A stretch of 54,267 nt of DNA, filler included, from Sluysia triapertura (GCA_046118255.1; 4 parts of 4 records of this genome joined end to end with filler, not necessarily neighbours in it), one strand, 5' to 3'; counted from the whole stretch's first letter, positions 11,774 to 25,447 are shown. The notes: a model not told the origin generated them from the sequence alone. Translations and numbers: made by a program.

Positions 11774-14700
11774 TTTTAGATAATAATACTAATAACATAT
11801 AATAATATTTTATAGCGTGAAATTATAAAGGTTTTAAGGAACCACCTAAACCAAGTTACTGATTTAATCCAAGTTAATGATTTAATGGATATCGTACTGA
11901 TAAACGTGCGCCGCTGCAAAATTATATCTCATCCTTAACTTGAAACGCAAATATAGCATTCAAGTCACCCTCATTGGTGATTAAATCTGATATCATTGTA
12001 AACGATGACATTACGTTTGGTCGATTTCATAAGGATAAAGCAGGAAATATCTGCATGGCCAATGTTAACTTCTGTATCCAGAACCTTCGCCTCAGAGTCC
12101 ACATTTCCAGTTTACCATCGCTTAAACGAGGGCTGCTTCCGTTATTCACACCATAAAACTGAAGAGTTTTTCAGTACGCAAACTTTAAAATTCCAATGGA
12201 ATTTTATCATTGTAACAATCCATCAACCGATACTGGGAACTTGTTTTTTCGAGCATCATGAATTCCTCGTAGACTCCAAAAAAGAACCTGTATTTTTCTT
12301 GCAGGACAGATATCCCACCTAAATGTAGTGCAGGAAAACATCGATGAAAATACCTTACAAACTCTGATAGGGCAATATGTTAATGATGATCTTTTTGATT
12401 CACCTTTTTAAAATAGTAGTTGTTATTTAGGATTAAAGTTTATTACTCCGAATTTTGTTTCGATACACTTGAAATTTTAAAAGAATTTAACATGCCATTA
12501 CCAAGATTAGATTGTACTAAATCACAACACCAATTCAGTGACTACATGTCAAGTATATCGAGTTCTCACATTTATTCGAGTACGCTATTGCATATAATTT
12601 TGATCCTCTATCTTAAAAATAAATTAAATTCATTTTTGGTTAATATATTGTTGTTTAAGTTTTTCATAGTTTTAAAAGCGATTAAATCGTTGATTAAATT
12701 TGTTAAGTTAAGAATTAAAATATTAATTGTTATTTTTTGGAAATTTATTCACATTTGTATTTTTAAAATTCTAAATTCTCTCATAACTGTTTTTATAATG
12801 ATATAATTAAGATAAAGCCCCCACAGTCATTTAGAAAATAAACTAAGAATTTTTTCGGCCTTCAGTCGATAAAATTAGAATTTCTCATTTAACCAAATGG
12901 TTTCTCTTACAATTTTTATATCTTTGATAATTAAAATAATAACAGCAAAATATTGCAACAGCACTGATAAGAAGAATAAAATAATATCATTTTTTTCATA
13001 AAAGCGAATGCATAAAGTGAAAATGTTAGAACGTGCATTGTTTGTGTTATGCGTATGCTTGATATATGTCTATGTTTTATTCAATTGAGATATTGTGGTT
13101 TTAAGCCTTGACTCACAACAATAATAATTTTAGTAAAATAAAAGTTCACTTTAATGAAATTATTTTGAAATAAATTTTATGAAAAATAATATTTGCACAT
13201 AGTAGTGAATAAATAAAATTGAATATTTTATTATAATTGATATTAATTTATGAGTATAATAAGTGTAAAAGCTGATTCTCTTTTAATCGCAATCACAATT
13301 CAAAGTTACAAATTCTGGCTTGTCATAAAGTAATTTTGTTAAATCAGTAACAATCACATTTTACGACCATATAGAATTTTGTGAAATTTACTAAATTAGT
13401 GATTTATTAATTTTAATAATTTATTTTATTTGTACGTGTGGTTATTTATTAAGAGCGATTTGTTCATGCAAATAGATCTTAAAATAGACTCAAAATTTCA
13501 TCTTTGTAAATTGCTTTGTCAGATTTAATTAAGAATAGAATGACCATAAAAATTTAAACAAATAAACAATTAAAGAGGCTTTAAACCTTTAATTATAGCC
13601 TATACATATTTCATTGTTCATTTGTTTTTAAATCATTTTTAGTTTTTTACACAAGTTCAATTGCTATATTTATCATTTACAAAAGTTATGTATGCGTATT
13701 TAAAATATTAATTCAGTGACGTAATCCTTTTTTTACTTAACTACAAGTAATTTTGTTCGAATAATTAGAAATAAGATGACCCACAAAAGGAACTTAATAA
13801 TATTGAAATTATTATAAGTAGAAACACTTAATTGTGCACCAAATGCATGCCTTTTGAAGTTCTTATTTAGGAAGATAGTGTCATAGTTGCAGGCACATCT
13901 ATTACACGCTTTAAGCCGTGTTCTATAACCGAACCCATTATATTTCTTCATTTTCCTTTGAGTAAATTAAGAAAACGCAGCACCTGAAACGAATAAACGA
14001 CGCAAGACTACTCCGAAATACAATAACACAAGAATTCATTTATTTTTCAATAATCATTAGTTATTTTTGTAGACCTTTTGCTTCTTTAAAGAAGCCTAAA
14101 GTCACACATAAATTTCATCTTTACACCCAACTTTAAACGTCGTGATAAATTATTTATAAGATCTTGATTCTGATGATACCTGTGTTTTAGTTTCACATTT
14201 TAAGCTTTACTATATAATTAAAACTTTTATAAAAAAGAAATAGACTTCTGTAGTAATGGTTTTTTTCTTGTGTTCTTGTTCAACACTGGTTACCTACCAA
14301 ATTGAAAAGTTTATATAAAACTGAAAACTTAAAGCAGAATACCTACAAGTTAAGTTGTCGCATTATTAGTGTTAACACTAATAGCACTAACTATTTAAAG
14401 TTACTATATTTATATTAATATTGATTTTGAGCGTTAAAAGTATTTAATCCCTCAGATTACTATCAATTTATAAAGTACAAAACCCATTAAAATTTTACTT
14501 TGTGAAAATGAGTATTTTAAATCAAACTCTGACAAAATGCCTGAACGGAAAAAAGGTATGCTATCTTGATAGAATAGAAAGAGAAAAACGAATACTAGTA
14601 AACACAAACAAATCAAAACGGCATAATTATAATATGGTCAAACCATTATAGATTAAGCATGATTTTTATTAAAACATTTGTCCTTACAGGAAAAAATTTA

Positions 14701-16639
14701 GCGCAGGAAGCCAAAAAATTATTAGTCATAGATTAATATTAGTTTAGTAGTTTAAGAATTGAGTTCATTGATGTTAATCCACGAGGACATTTTGAATTAT
14801 GTATAAACGTATGTCATAATTTTAAATTATTCAATGCATAGCGGTGCTTAGGCACTTAGAAATAGGCTTTACTGTCTCTCGGTTTCATAACAGTGCTTAA
14901 GGCACTTGAAAATAATTTTGAGATTCCTTGTCACATTTGTATTTAAATAAACAAAAACGAAATACATTCATATATTCAAAAAGTTTATGATTAATATAAA
15001 CTTGTTTAGTCAAGCCATGAGAATTCGTAAGATAGGTATTCGATTTCGATAGGTATATTCGATAAAATATACTAAGTAGTAATCATCAATTCTGGATTGT
15101 TATTAGGTTGAAATTGTATAGTATGACTGTATATGATATTTAGCAGTTTGGCTAAAATATTATATTTTATAATTTTTACATCACGAAGGTACATTATTTC
15201 ACAACCAATATTGACACCATTAACCAAATCTAACAACTCGTATTCATAGAGTTTGGAACATTTAATCGCCAAATAAATCATTATATTATAGATAAGTTTA
15301 CAAATAACTTGTATATTTCTTTTGACAATATATTCTGGAATAACTTTCATGTACTAGGATCGCACAACTTGTCATACGTTTTTTAAAATGTGTACGCAGT
15401 AAATTCAATTTTAATACGTTCGCAGGCAGTTTCACCATGTATTTCGAAATTTTTCGATATATTAAATGGTTCTGATAAATAGAAAATGAAAGCTATTGTT
15501 AATATATACATTGTTTAAATTTTGATCAAATGATTCAATATTAGGTGCTGAAGTAAAATACAAATTTGTAATATATAAATCTTATTAATGTATCTAATGG
15601 TTTTACTATTCTAAGCCAACCTACAATATCTACCATAAAAATTCTGGTGTATTTTGACGCACGCCGCAATAGCCTATTGTTTTCAAATTTGAACCATAAG
15701 TTTCGTAAACCAATCTTAATTTTTTTAATTTATCATAAATCTGCATTTCTTTACCTCATCAGGGAAGAGAGTAGTATCAATTGAATTTGGCACATCTAAA
15801 TGATCAATTAATTCGCAAAATAAAATACCATCTAATACAGGATCAAAAAAACTATCTCGATGAAATAATAGTTTCGTTTAAGAAACTAACAGATATTCGT
15901 TGGATAATGTCCAGATAACGTCCACCAAATAAAAGTGCACAGTTTTGCCATTTCGTAAGAGTGACTGTAACATTAAACTTGTACATCACTTTTCATTTTT
16001 TTGGTTTGCATTAACATCCCAAACAAAGCTGACTTCATTATAGTAAAGGATATATCTTTATATTTGAGGGACGACGAATTTTTGTAGCCTCTAAATATTA
16101 TTTGGTGACTGACCATATTTTTATGATTTCTTAGAAAAGATAAATTTATGAAATACATAAAAAATGAAATTTCTTTTAATATATATAATGAACAATTCAC
16201 ATGACGTAATTGAGATCTTAAGTTTATATCCAGATTTAATAATTTCTAAAACAAAGACTTTTAATATTTTTTCTTATTTAAACAAATAATACAATATTCT
16301 TCCATTGTGTAATCGGGACTCGGCAAGAGTAAAACCATTATATTTAACAAATAGAATTAATTTCGGTACTAATATTAACTTATGAATTGTTGTTCATCAA
16401 AGGTCAATAGTACCTTTGTGATTAATAAACCTGTAGTAAGACTAAAGTTGTTGCTTTTCAAGAGTAACCGAAAGTAAGACTTCAAGATAATAAATTATAA
16501 AAATTACAAAAATATAGAAGAATTAAATGAAAATTATTTGTTCAGAACCTCCAGGATAAATTTATACTAAATCATTAAAGAAATATAAGAGAAAAATTTT
16601 CAACTGATATAAAGAATCTATCAACAAATGAAATAAATA

Positions 16640-17050
16640 AGTAAATAAAAATAAAAACATATAAATTTACCAAATCAGAATTAGACAAAATCATAACAAA
16701 TAAAATATTTCTTAGTAATAAATGAAAATTACTAATGCAAATTGCAATTATTTGAAAAGCTAGAGTTAGAGTTTGGTTGTGAAGATGTGGAAAGTGAGGT
16801 CGTATAATTATGGACAAAGGATAGAACGACCACAAACAGTATATGGCGAGTTTTCAATGATAAAAGTATAAGTATTTAATTGAAGTTGATGTAATCAAAT
16901 AGACAACCAGTTGGAATTTAATTATGTACGTATGGTTGATAACACTGTAGATTTGGAATAAAGACTGGTACTGTTTCAATTAAATTCGGTATATCGAGTA
17001 GATTGTACTATAAATAGTGTTTGTTTCCTATTCACACTCTATACAGTAAA
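16640..17050 (+). mobile_element. Degenerate LINE ORF2 fragment (region C-terminal to the RT core)
   Basis: Frameshifted 'KIITNKIFLSNK*KLLMQIAII...LEFGCE' resembles the LINE motif LSxxxKLxxYxxxIxPxLEYGCEVW. Confidence 0.5.
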
Positions 17051-17909
17051 ATTAGTATGTGCCATATCCGTCAATGTTGACTGACAATTATAAATTATAT
17101 ATAGGATCTATTGTTTTATTTATATATTTGTAATTATTTACAAGTGTTTTGTTTTAATATATATACTTCATATATTGAGTTTAATTCATTTCTGAGACAA
17201 GAGAGTATTTTAACTATGGAATGTGTATTCCATCAGAAGCGGGTTTAGAACTATCTCATATAAACTTAAAATTAGACGTTTATAATAATTTGAATTATAA
17301 AGTGAAACATAAATCTAATCCGGATAAATTTTAAGAATAAAATAATGTTAAAATTATATTAACAATAAAATTCAAATATGGGCAATTTACCCAATGCCAG
17401 GCCCATGCAGGGTGTAGGTTGCTGCTTTCTTCGCCGTGGCTTGCTTGAAAGCTAGAGTATAAGAGCGTTATAACATCTCTGTTGAAAATTTAAATGAAGA
17501 AAAATAAATTATTGTATTTCAAAATTATGAACTAAAATAAAAATTATTTAAAACTTTTAATCACAAAAATTATTTGAACACATTATCAAATTTTTGGAAT
17601 TTGAAATAAACAAATTTCCAAAAAAACTTGTTTTTAATGAGCACCTCGGCGACTATTCGATATTATCTGAAAGAATAACATGGAATTATCTTTAATTTTA
17701 TTAATCCTTTTTGAACCGACAGTTTCAGAAAGATTGTTTCAAAATATTAAAACATATATTTTTGTTGTTTTTGTCATTTTTACTTCTCTGGAGTGGCTAA
17801 ATGAACAGTACAAATCAAAGAGTGAAGTGTTTTGTTTGAAAATTATTACTTATTTGATAACAATACTTGAAACATGAGAAAAATAAGAAATAAAATTTGC
17901 TTAGATGTG

Positions 17910-17910
<1 letters not shown>

Positions 17911-17965
<55 letters not shown>
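17911..17965 (+). repeat. (AAT)n microsatellite in an SLC4 intron
   Basis: Direct reading. Confidence 0.98.
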
Positions 17966-17968
<3 letters not shown>

Positions 17969-17973
17969 CTAAC

Positions 17974-20900
17974 ACTTCCCATAATAGTCTCCATCAAAAA
18001 CATGGGTCCTGTTATACCAATTACTACCATAGGATTTCCACCAAAAATAGCAAAAAACATAAGTAAACATCCATTGGCTGCCAACACTGATTGAACTGTA
18101 AATTGGCGAGAAACCAATTCGCCTGTAGTCATAAAAAATTTATTTGTATTGTTATATCAACTATTTTTTAATTAATTGTTATTTCTATTTTATAAAAGTG
18201 AGAGATAATTAATACGTTAATGCATTTCCTGTCATTATTTTGATAGTAATAAGCTGGTTGTTATTAATTATTGTGCTACATTTACATTTGGAATTAATAT
18301 TGCATTACATTACCGGTAGTATACTCAGGTGTTATATTTTAGTTTTTCATCATAATATAGCCTAATATTTTCATTTAACAATATTTTTTTCTTTTTGTGC
18401 AACCTATTTTCCCAGCGGATATTAGTCCTGCTAATGTTACTTTAAAGAAACCGGACTGGTTGTGAACACTGATTTCAAAATACCTTCATCCAGATGTATA
18501 ACATATAAATTAGTCATCGAGAGATGAATCCAGTTTATCCGTAAAAATCCAATCTTTGTAATATTTCACATCTCTAAATCGACCGCATATATTGAAGAAG
18601 TTAGTTATAAAATAACTATGAGATTATGAACGTTTAATAAATAACTTGGCTTTTAATTAAGTTGTAGTTAGATTTGTTGCCTTTAAACTTATTCTTTTAC
18701 TCTCTTTAAAACTTTAAACGAATAACTTTGTAAATTTTATAATACTTTTGCTTATAAATTGCCATCAGATTATTTTATATTCGAAACTGTTACAATGCTT
18801 TGTAACTAATATCAACTTATTTTAAAACACTAACATAAACATTCTCTATCTATGTGCTAACTGGTGTTCAAATAAAATTCAAATCTTATCTTTTAAAGTC
18901 TCAAAATAAAAAAAACTAATGTTTTAGATGAAAGCAATTTACTGTACAAAACTTGATTTTATATATTTTAACTTCATCAATTTGTAATACTTTCTTCACT
19001 AATTTTTAAGTCTTCTTTGTTAATAATCAACAGCCGAATTTTACAAAATCTCTAATATGCAAGACACTTCTAAGTTAAAATTGGTTGTGTGATAGCCAAA
19101 AATTTTCTTCAAAATCATTTTTTTCTTATAATTAATTTCATTTTAATCGCATTAATCACATTTTATAATATAGTTCTGGTTATACTTTCATCTGTTTTAT
19201 TTATTCGTTATTTTCATTATTATTATAGTTGTGTATGCTATAGCAGATTAAGATGCGCCTTAATTTTAATCCGTCTTAGTACTACCTCATGTTTCAACCT
19301 CTATGGTGTTACTGATAATTTTGTCTAATTCTTATTGTTCTTTTATTATTTTTGAGTGTATTTATGAACTGTTTCTTTTTCATTTCCACATTTCTAAGGT
19401 TTTCTTGTATTTATTAAGTTTGTTAAGTTCTAGAGTTCGTTCTTATTTATTACAATTAAATGTTTGATTTATTTAAAAATAATTTTATTGTTTACATACG
19501 CTTTAAAGGTACCATTTACACCATAACATATTAAATACCATAACATATTCTGGATTTCATTAAGTGATACAAAATTATTATTCCTGAAATGTTGATGTCT
19601 AAAGAATCGTATTAACTTGAAACTTTTTTCAAATAATAAAAATGTATAAAAATAACCTAACAAAGCTCCAAATGTTAAAGCAGGGGATATACAAACGAAA
19701 TACAGATATAATAAGCCACACGTAACCAATACAATATTATCACTATAAAATGCATCTCGTATGTCCGAAAAAAATCGGCATCGAAACATTTTCAGATCCA
19801 AGCGTAATAATCGAAATAGAAAATAACACAAACGATAACAAAAATTGAATCGAAAATAACCACAACTCAAAGGTTTGTCTTTATCGATACTTCTAAATAA
19901 AATAAAATAAAAACATTATTCATTTAAGTTGAATTATATTAAATTAAAAAAACGAAAATATTTAATGCGAAAATACTTTTATATTAGTACTTAAGCATGA
20001 TTTGTAAAATAATACTGAAGCACTCTGAAAACCAAAATAAAACATAGTAGTAGTTTTATTAGTATCGTTTAAATATGTTCATGTTAACTGCTACCGAAAT
20101 TGACCTTTTGTTAACGAATGCCTTTAGAGAAAATATGAATAGCTGTCGAAGCCAATTTTTACCAAAACTACAAAAGGTTCCTACTTCTAAATAAACTTTA
20201 ATTTAATCATATTGATAATTTTAATGCATGTGATTGTAGAGAAATTACACCAAAATTACGAACACAAATTACAAATTATAAAGATTCTGAAAGAAATTCA
20301 ATAAATGAATCTTCATGACTACATTGAATCACGAGCAATATCTAAAAACACCGAAATATCTGAAAATATCACTCATTTAAAAAATGCACGAATGTAAAGT
20401 AAAGTTGCTTGAAATAAAATAAAAATAGGATTGTTGTGAAATAATACAAAGCTTTTGTAAGACAAAGACCCTTTAGAAATAAAGTCTTTGTGAAACAAGG
20501 TACAGTATTGAAAATAAATCAAAGTTTTTGTTTGAAGCAAAGTAAAGTTTTACCAAATCCCCAGATAATTTGATACGATTTGTAAAAGGAAAATACAATA
20601 CCGACAGAAATTTGTAAGCATTAAACGATACGTTTATTTCAATCTCGAAGAGCTGAAACGAGTGTAAAACTCGCGAAATTGAAGATAAATATTGCGAATG
20701 GAGTAAAACATTTAAGTAAACTAAGCGAATTAATATTAAATAATTACTGCATAATTATCGACACTCTCAAGAGCGTACACAACTAAAAGAATTCAACGTA
20801 GAGAACAATTCGACATAGCATTATAAACAAAACATATACTTAAACAATTATTTTTACATACACATTAAGCATTGGTTTTAATAATTTATCGCAAATAATT

Positions 20901-21924
20901 TGTAAGATTACGACAAAAAGTATAAAACAATCCTTCTGTGTATTTGTGAAATATGTAGCAGTTCATGTTGCTTATTCTAATCATACAGAAATCTAAATTA
21001 CGATTAGTACAAGTGGGATATAGGTTATAGGAATACTGCAACGCAGAAAGTAGAGCAAAAAACATTACGTCTGCTCCAATTGGTGTCATGTTTAATGCAA
21101 ACTTAACATATTCCCTTAACTAAAAAGAGGTCAAACAATGACCAACTTTTTTTGCTTAAGTCTTTATTAAAGACATTGAATTTACAAAAAATATAATGTA
21201 ATCTCTTGGAATTGGTAATGATTTTTCTAAAGATCTTGATTCGAAGAGCTGATAAAAGAAAGGTGACAGATGTCTCTATTGGCTTCTTTGAGAATAAAGC
21301 ATTAACAATTATCATATTTATTGAATATGTTACATTTTGAATTTATTTATTCTCGCACAATAAATGCTTCAGTTGGGATTTGAAAACTAGAAAAAGTGGC
21401 TTATTTGTTATTAGTTAATTGGAGATGATTGTGGTGAATTGCAATCTTAAAATGAGCAAAATATTTAATCATGCTCTATTACGGTAGAAAGCTCTATTTT
21501 TAAGTACAGATCCAGTGTTACTATAAGTAGTCATAAAGTTTTAAAAATCGAATTATTCAAAATAACCAGAGGTGATAGTCGAAAATAAAATTGCATAAGA
21601 AACAACCACAACTGAAGCCAGTGAAAAATTTCAGTCGTATTAAATAATCATTTACATTAAAAAAACACAAAACCAACTGTTTCACTGTCTCATCCAAACG
21701 ATATTCTCGATTATCAGTGGCAAATGTTACTACTTGACTTTGTGTAAGAAGGTCTTCAGTTTCTGTTTTTCTATCAACAATATTAAGTAACGGTAATTTA
21801 GGATGAATATCATCTACCATACCTCGACTAGTTCGCTGGCTTGTAACCGATGGCATAGATAATTTTTGGAGATGCTGATGATAAGAAGCATCAGCCCAAT
21901 TAACTGCAACGGAATGTTTGATAC
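17974..21924 (-). CDS. SLC4 family bicarbonate/anion transporter, partial; exons 21678-21924, 19657-19892, 17974-18122
   Basis: The spliced product '...FFSDIRDAF...LLYLYFVCISPALTFGALLG|ELVSRQFTVQSVLAANGCLLMFFAIFGGNPMVVIGITGPMFLMET' matches SLC4 TM1-TM3 motifs (SPAITFGGLLG; GQPLxILGxTGP). Splice phases are compatible across both introns. Confidence 0.85.
18400..19450 (-). mobile_element. Possible decayed LINE (ORF1-like region plus start of APE endonuclease) in an SLC4 intron
   Basis: A-rich coding-like minus strand; 'NFFNICGRFRD...WIFTDKLD' resembles the APE N-terminal motif. Confidence 0.3.
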
Positions 21925-22530
21925 CTGAATTAGTTTAAAACTGTAAACTGCAAGTTTAAGACATTTAGATGAAGTTAGGAAAGTAGGTCGACATCATTTA
22001 TATAAAGATAGTGTTGATGTTATGTACTGACAACGTTCATATATTGTTAATGATGTTAAATTTCTACTCCGAAATCTTCTATGATGAAGTAATGTTCATG
22101 AATGAATTCTATACTGATGTTCGCAATCGACATATGTACGATTGTGTTTTGTCTTATGTGATATAAACTCGTGATCGTAAGAGAATCTCTTAATATCACA
22201 TTAAATTTTACTATTATATTTTTAGTTTATTGTAGTATATCTAAATAATTTGATGGGTTTTGATCGATTTAGTTGCACATTTGTATTGACCGGTTTTAAT
22301 TGATTTAATAAATTTTAGTGAATAATTATTTTAGTTTAGCCACACCTGTTTTAACTAAATATCACCTACTGAGCAAGTAAATTAAAAGTTTTAATTGATA
22401 ATTAATCAAATATAAAATCATTAAATTGTTATTAGGATATTAATAGCTAAATAGACCCGTTACTTTTTGATCATATAAAATAGCATTCAAACGTAACTGT
22501 CAAGGAATTTTGTTTATTCTAGGATTCTAG

Positions 22531-22620
22531 AAATCCTAATAACACGTCCTTTAAAAATAAACGTAAATAGTGTTTAATAGGCAGACTGACTCTTAGATAT
22601 TTTGCAAATATAAGTTTAGG
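22531..22620 (+). ncRNA. Unclassified structured repeat family, copy A (terminal module only)
   Basis: aaatcctaataacacgtc...gtgtttaataggcagactgactcttagatattttg aligns with the terminal modules of copies B, C and D. Confidence 0.6.
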
Positions 22621-22933
22621 TTAAAGAAAGAAATGTGAATTATAATTGGATGAAGTTTCTTTTTAAAAATATTGTTAAGATATGTTTTATTGCTTAATTT
22701 ATGTCATTTAAATTTTATTTTAATATTATTAATTTTATTATATCAAATTTTTTAAAAAATTAATAAAATATTTAGGAATAATAATTAAAATAAAATAAAA
22801 ATATTTAGTAATTAAAAATCAAGTTAAATAAAATTATTAAAAAATTAAGAAAATATTAATTAAATATTCAGAAATAATAAATTTAGAATAAAGAATTTGT
22901 TTAAAATAATAAAATTTAATTAAAAGATTTTAA

Positions 22934-23555
22934 ATGGACGCCGATGGAAGAAAATTGTTATAATAGAGGTAAGGAAAATATCAAATTCATAACAAATTTT
23001 TAGAGTAATTTGGAAAAATAATTTTAACAAGGTTCCAGCACTCGATTATAAAAAATGAATCAAAATTCCATGATAATAAAGTAATTTTTTATTTATAAGT
23101 TTTTAACGTATTCATCCTAAGTGAAAATACAAAAATCCGACTTAAACTATCATTTATTTTTGTACCAACACCTTAAAGAGGGTTGGGTAATTTGTATCTA
23201 AAATCTTAATAATCAATTACGATTTGAATTATTTTAAATTCGTTATTGTTATTATACCTATTTTTGCACGTTGTACTATAATTTTTTTAACATTAAATAA
23301 TACATTAGTATCGAGTTTAATTTAGTTATTTCACTTCTAAATATTAGACTGTTTTCTAGCAACACCTTAATAAAGAGGTTGTGTAATTTAGTAAAATCCT
23401 AAAATTAAAATCTACTTGAGCTTATTAAGTTGTATTTTCCTTAGGCTCAAAATATTATAAATTTAGGTTATAAAATCCTAATGATACGTCTCCAACAGTG
23501 GTATAAAACGTATATATTAGGTGGACCGATCCCTCAGGTAAGATATTAAAAACAC
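22934..23555 (+). ncRNA. Unclassified structured repeat family, copy B
   Basis: CAACACCTTAA..GGTTG hairpins at 23166 and 23360; terminal module 23472-23545. Confidence 0.65.
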
Positions 23556-24559
23556 TAGCAATATAAATTTTAAATAAAATAGACGTTTTAGCAACGATTT
23601 TATTTTTCGTTAAAGTTTATGTGGTGGTTTCATTTATAGTTTATAATATTATTATTTTATACTTAGTTTGTGATATCGGTATTAAATTTCAAATTATAAA
23701 TGCAACATTTTACATTGTAAATGTCAGGCCAAATCAAAGTACTGATAAATACTTTGCTGATAAATAATTTTCTGCGCTAGTGCATCTCATTGAAATGATA
23801 ATAATGATAATGATAATAATAATAATAAATGATATATTAATTTATAGAACACTAATATATGCTATGAAAAAGTAATCAATAGTGCTATAATACATCATTC
23901 ATTATAATATTTCTGAAATAGAATTATTTCACAATCTTCAAGTGTTTTGATACTCTACGATAGCTAGGTGTACAATTATTATTGTTTATTCTCTACAAAT
24001 GTTATACATTAAATAAATGTATTCAAGATATATATTATAAAACATATTCGAGAATTATATTGATTTTGAGTAATATTCTCGCTTTTATTTGTTTGATTCA
24101 TTAAGATAAGATATGATCTGCGACCTTATTTTTATGCGGAAAATTATCCTTGTTGATTGGTATAGTAGTAATTAGAATTTTCGAATTTTCTGTATAAAAT
24201 TGAGTACAATATATCATTATTAAAATCTACATAAAGGAAGAGTTATTCTGGTAGTAACCTTATTAATAAATCTGGGAAACACTTTAATATTATCTATATA
24301 ATTATTAACTATAAGCAACCCAAAAAACGTAAACAAATTGTGCTTTGTAAGTAGTCTTTAAATTATGAAACGCATCAATAATTTCAAAATTTATTATTTG
24401 TACTATAATATGATAAATACTTTTGTAATTGTACAATTAGATTAATGTGACAAAGCACAGAATATTCAAACCGCCTTCATTTTTTGTGTAAAATTTTTAT
24501 ATTGTATTATTATATTTTAATATGACGGCATACAAATCAAAACCGATTGAATTGCAATA

Positions 24560-25158
24560 CTGGGAAAATATTTGGATAAATATTTAATATTTAATAAAAG
24601 CTTACGTGACTGATGAAATTATCATTACAAAAGCAAAGGAATTTGGATAAAGACTAAATGTTGATAACGTGCTATTCAGCAAAGGATGGTTCTGTAGATT
24701 CAAAAATCGATTTAATCTGAAATTGAAAGTTCTCCATGGAGTAGCAAATTCAATGAATGATGTTGGTGTTTCAACCCATAGAAAAAAATGGTTGAAAAAT
24801 TGGCAGGAATGGACCAGAATTTATACTCAATATGGATGAAATTGGACCTTTTTTCAAGCATTTCCTACAAGAACGATTTCATCAAGTGAAAGAAAAGGCA
24901 TAAAACAATCTAAAGTTATGTTCAAATGCTAGTGGATCAATTAAAGTTACACCTTTTGTTATTGGACATAGCATGAAACCAAGATGTTTTAAATTTTATA
25001 TACTTCTTGATAAAGCTCCAAGCCATAGCTTGAAGAAATGTTTTCAGAACGTTGAAATTATAATGCTTCCGAACTCAACTGCTCATTTTCTACTCATGAA
25101 GGCAGGTATAATAAAAAATTTTAAGCATTATTACAGAAAAAAGTTAGCAGTCGCTTGA
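24560..25158 (+). mobile_element. pogo/Tigger (CENP-B-like) transposase pseudogene, internally deleted
   Basis: 'FSKGWFCRFKNRFNLKLKVLHG', 'NMDEIG', 'NASGSIKVTPFVIGHSMKPRCFK', 'ILLDKAPSH', 'AGIIKNFKHYYRKKL', with frameshifts and stops. Confidence 0.9.
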
Positions 25159-25378
25159 TCAAACAAAAGCCTTTGTTGTTAATCTTAAGAATCTTAATTT
25201 GGCCACCATTGTATATAATTTATGATTTTATTGTTTCAACCTCATAGAATCAACCAAAAACATTCTACACAAATCATTGACATTCTTCGTATCTTTCGAT
25301 ATATTCAGAACATCAGTTTATCATATGTGCACGAAAAATTTCAGTATGTGTTCCAGTCTTATTATTCTCTTTTATTAA

Positions 25379-25447
25379 CCCCTTAACGCGCAAGCCCGAG
25401 TGTCACTCGGGCACATGTTACTGGCAAAATTGTGCATGCCCGAGTGT
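25379..25447 (+). mobile_element. piggyBac-like element end running into an assembly gap
   Basis: TTAA|CCCCTT terminus with subterminal repeats GCCCGAGTG...ACTCGGGC. Confidence 0.55.

Noticed and set aside
11880-12420. GC-richer coding-like block next to the gap
   Set aside because: Stops occur in the candidate frames and I could not assign a motif confidently; probably a TE or gene remnant that needs BLASTX.
15072-15960. Alternative genetic code (stop reassignment) suggested by stop-rich coding-like segments
   Set aside because: All clear genes (RPB11, cactin, Cav, SLC4, LIN54) translate cleanly with the standard code, so decay is the simpler explanation.
23472-23545. Twister, pistol or HDV ribozyme assignment for the pseudoknot module
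   Set aside because: CCUAA and AUAAA are superficially twister-like, but the conserved AAGC loop, the T1/T2 pairings and the HDV nested topology are not found by eye.
22900-23560. Mitochondrial rRNA insertion (NUMT) or spliced-leader RNA genes as the explanation for the structured family
   Set aside because: No universal rRNA motifs were recognised. The segments before GTAAG differ between copies, unlike an invariant spliced-leader exon.
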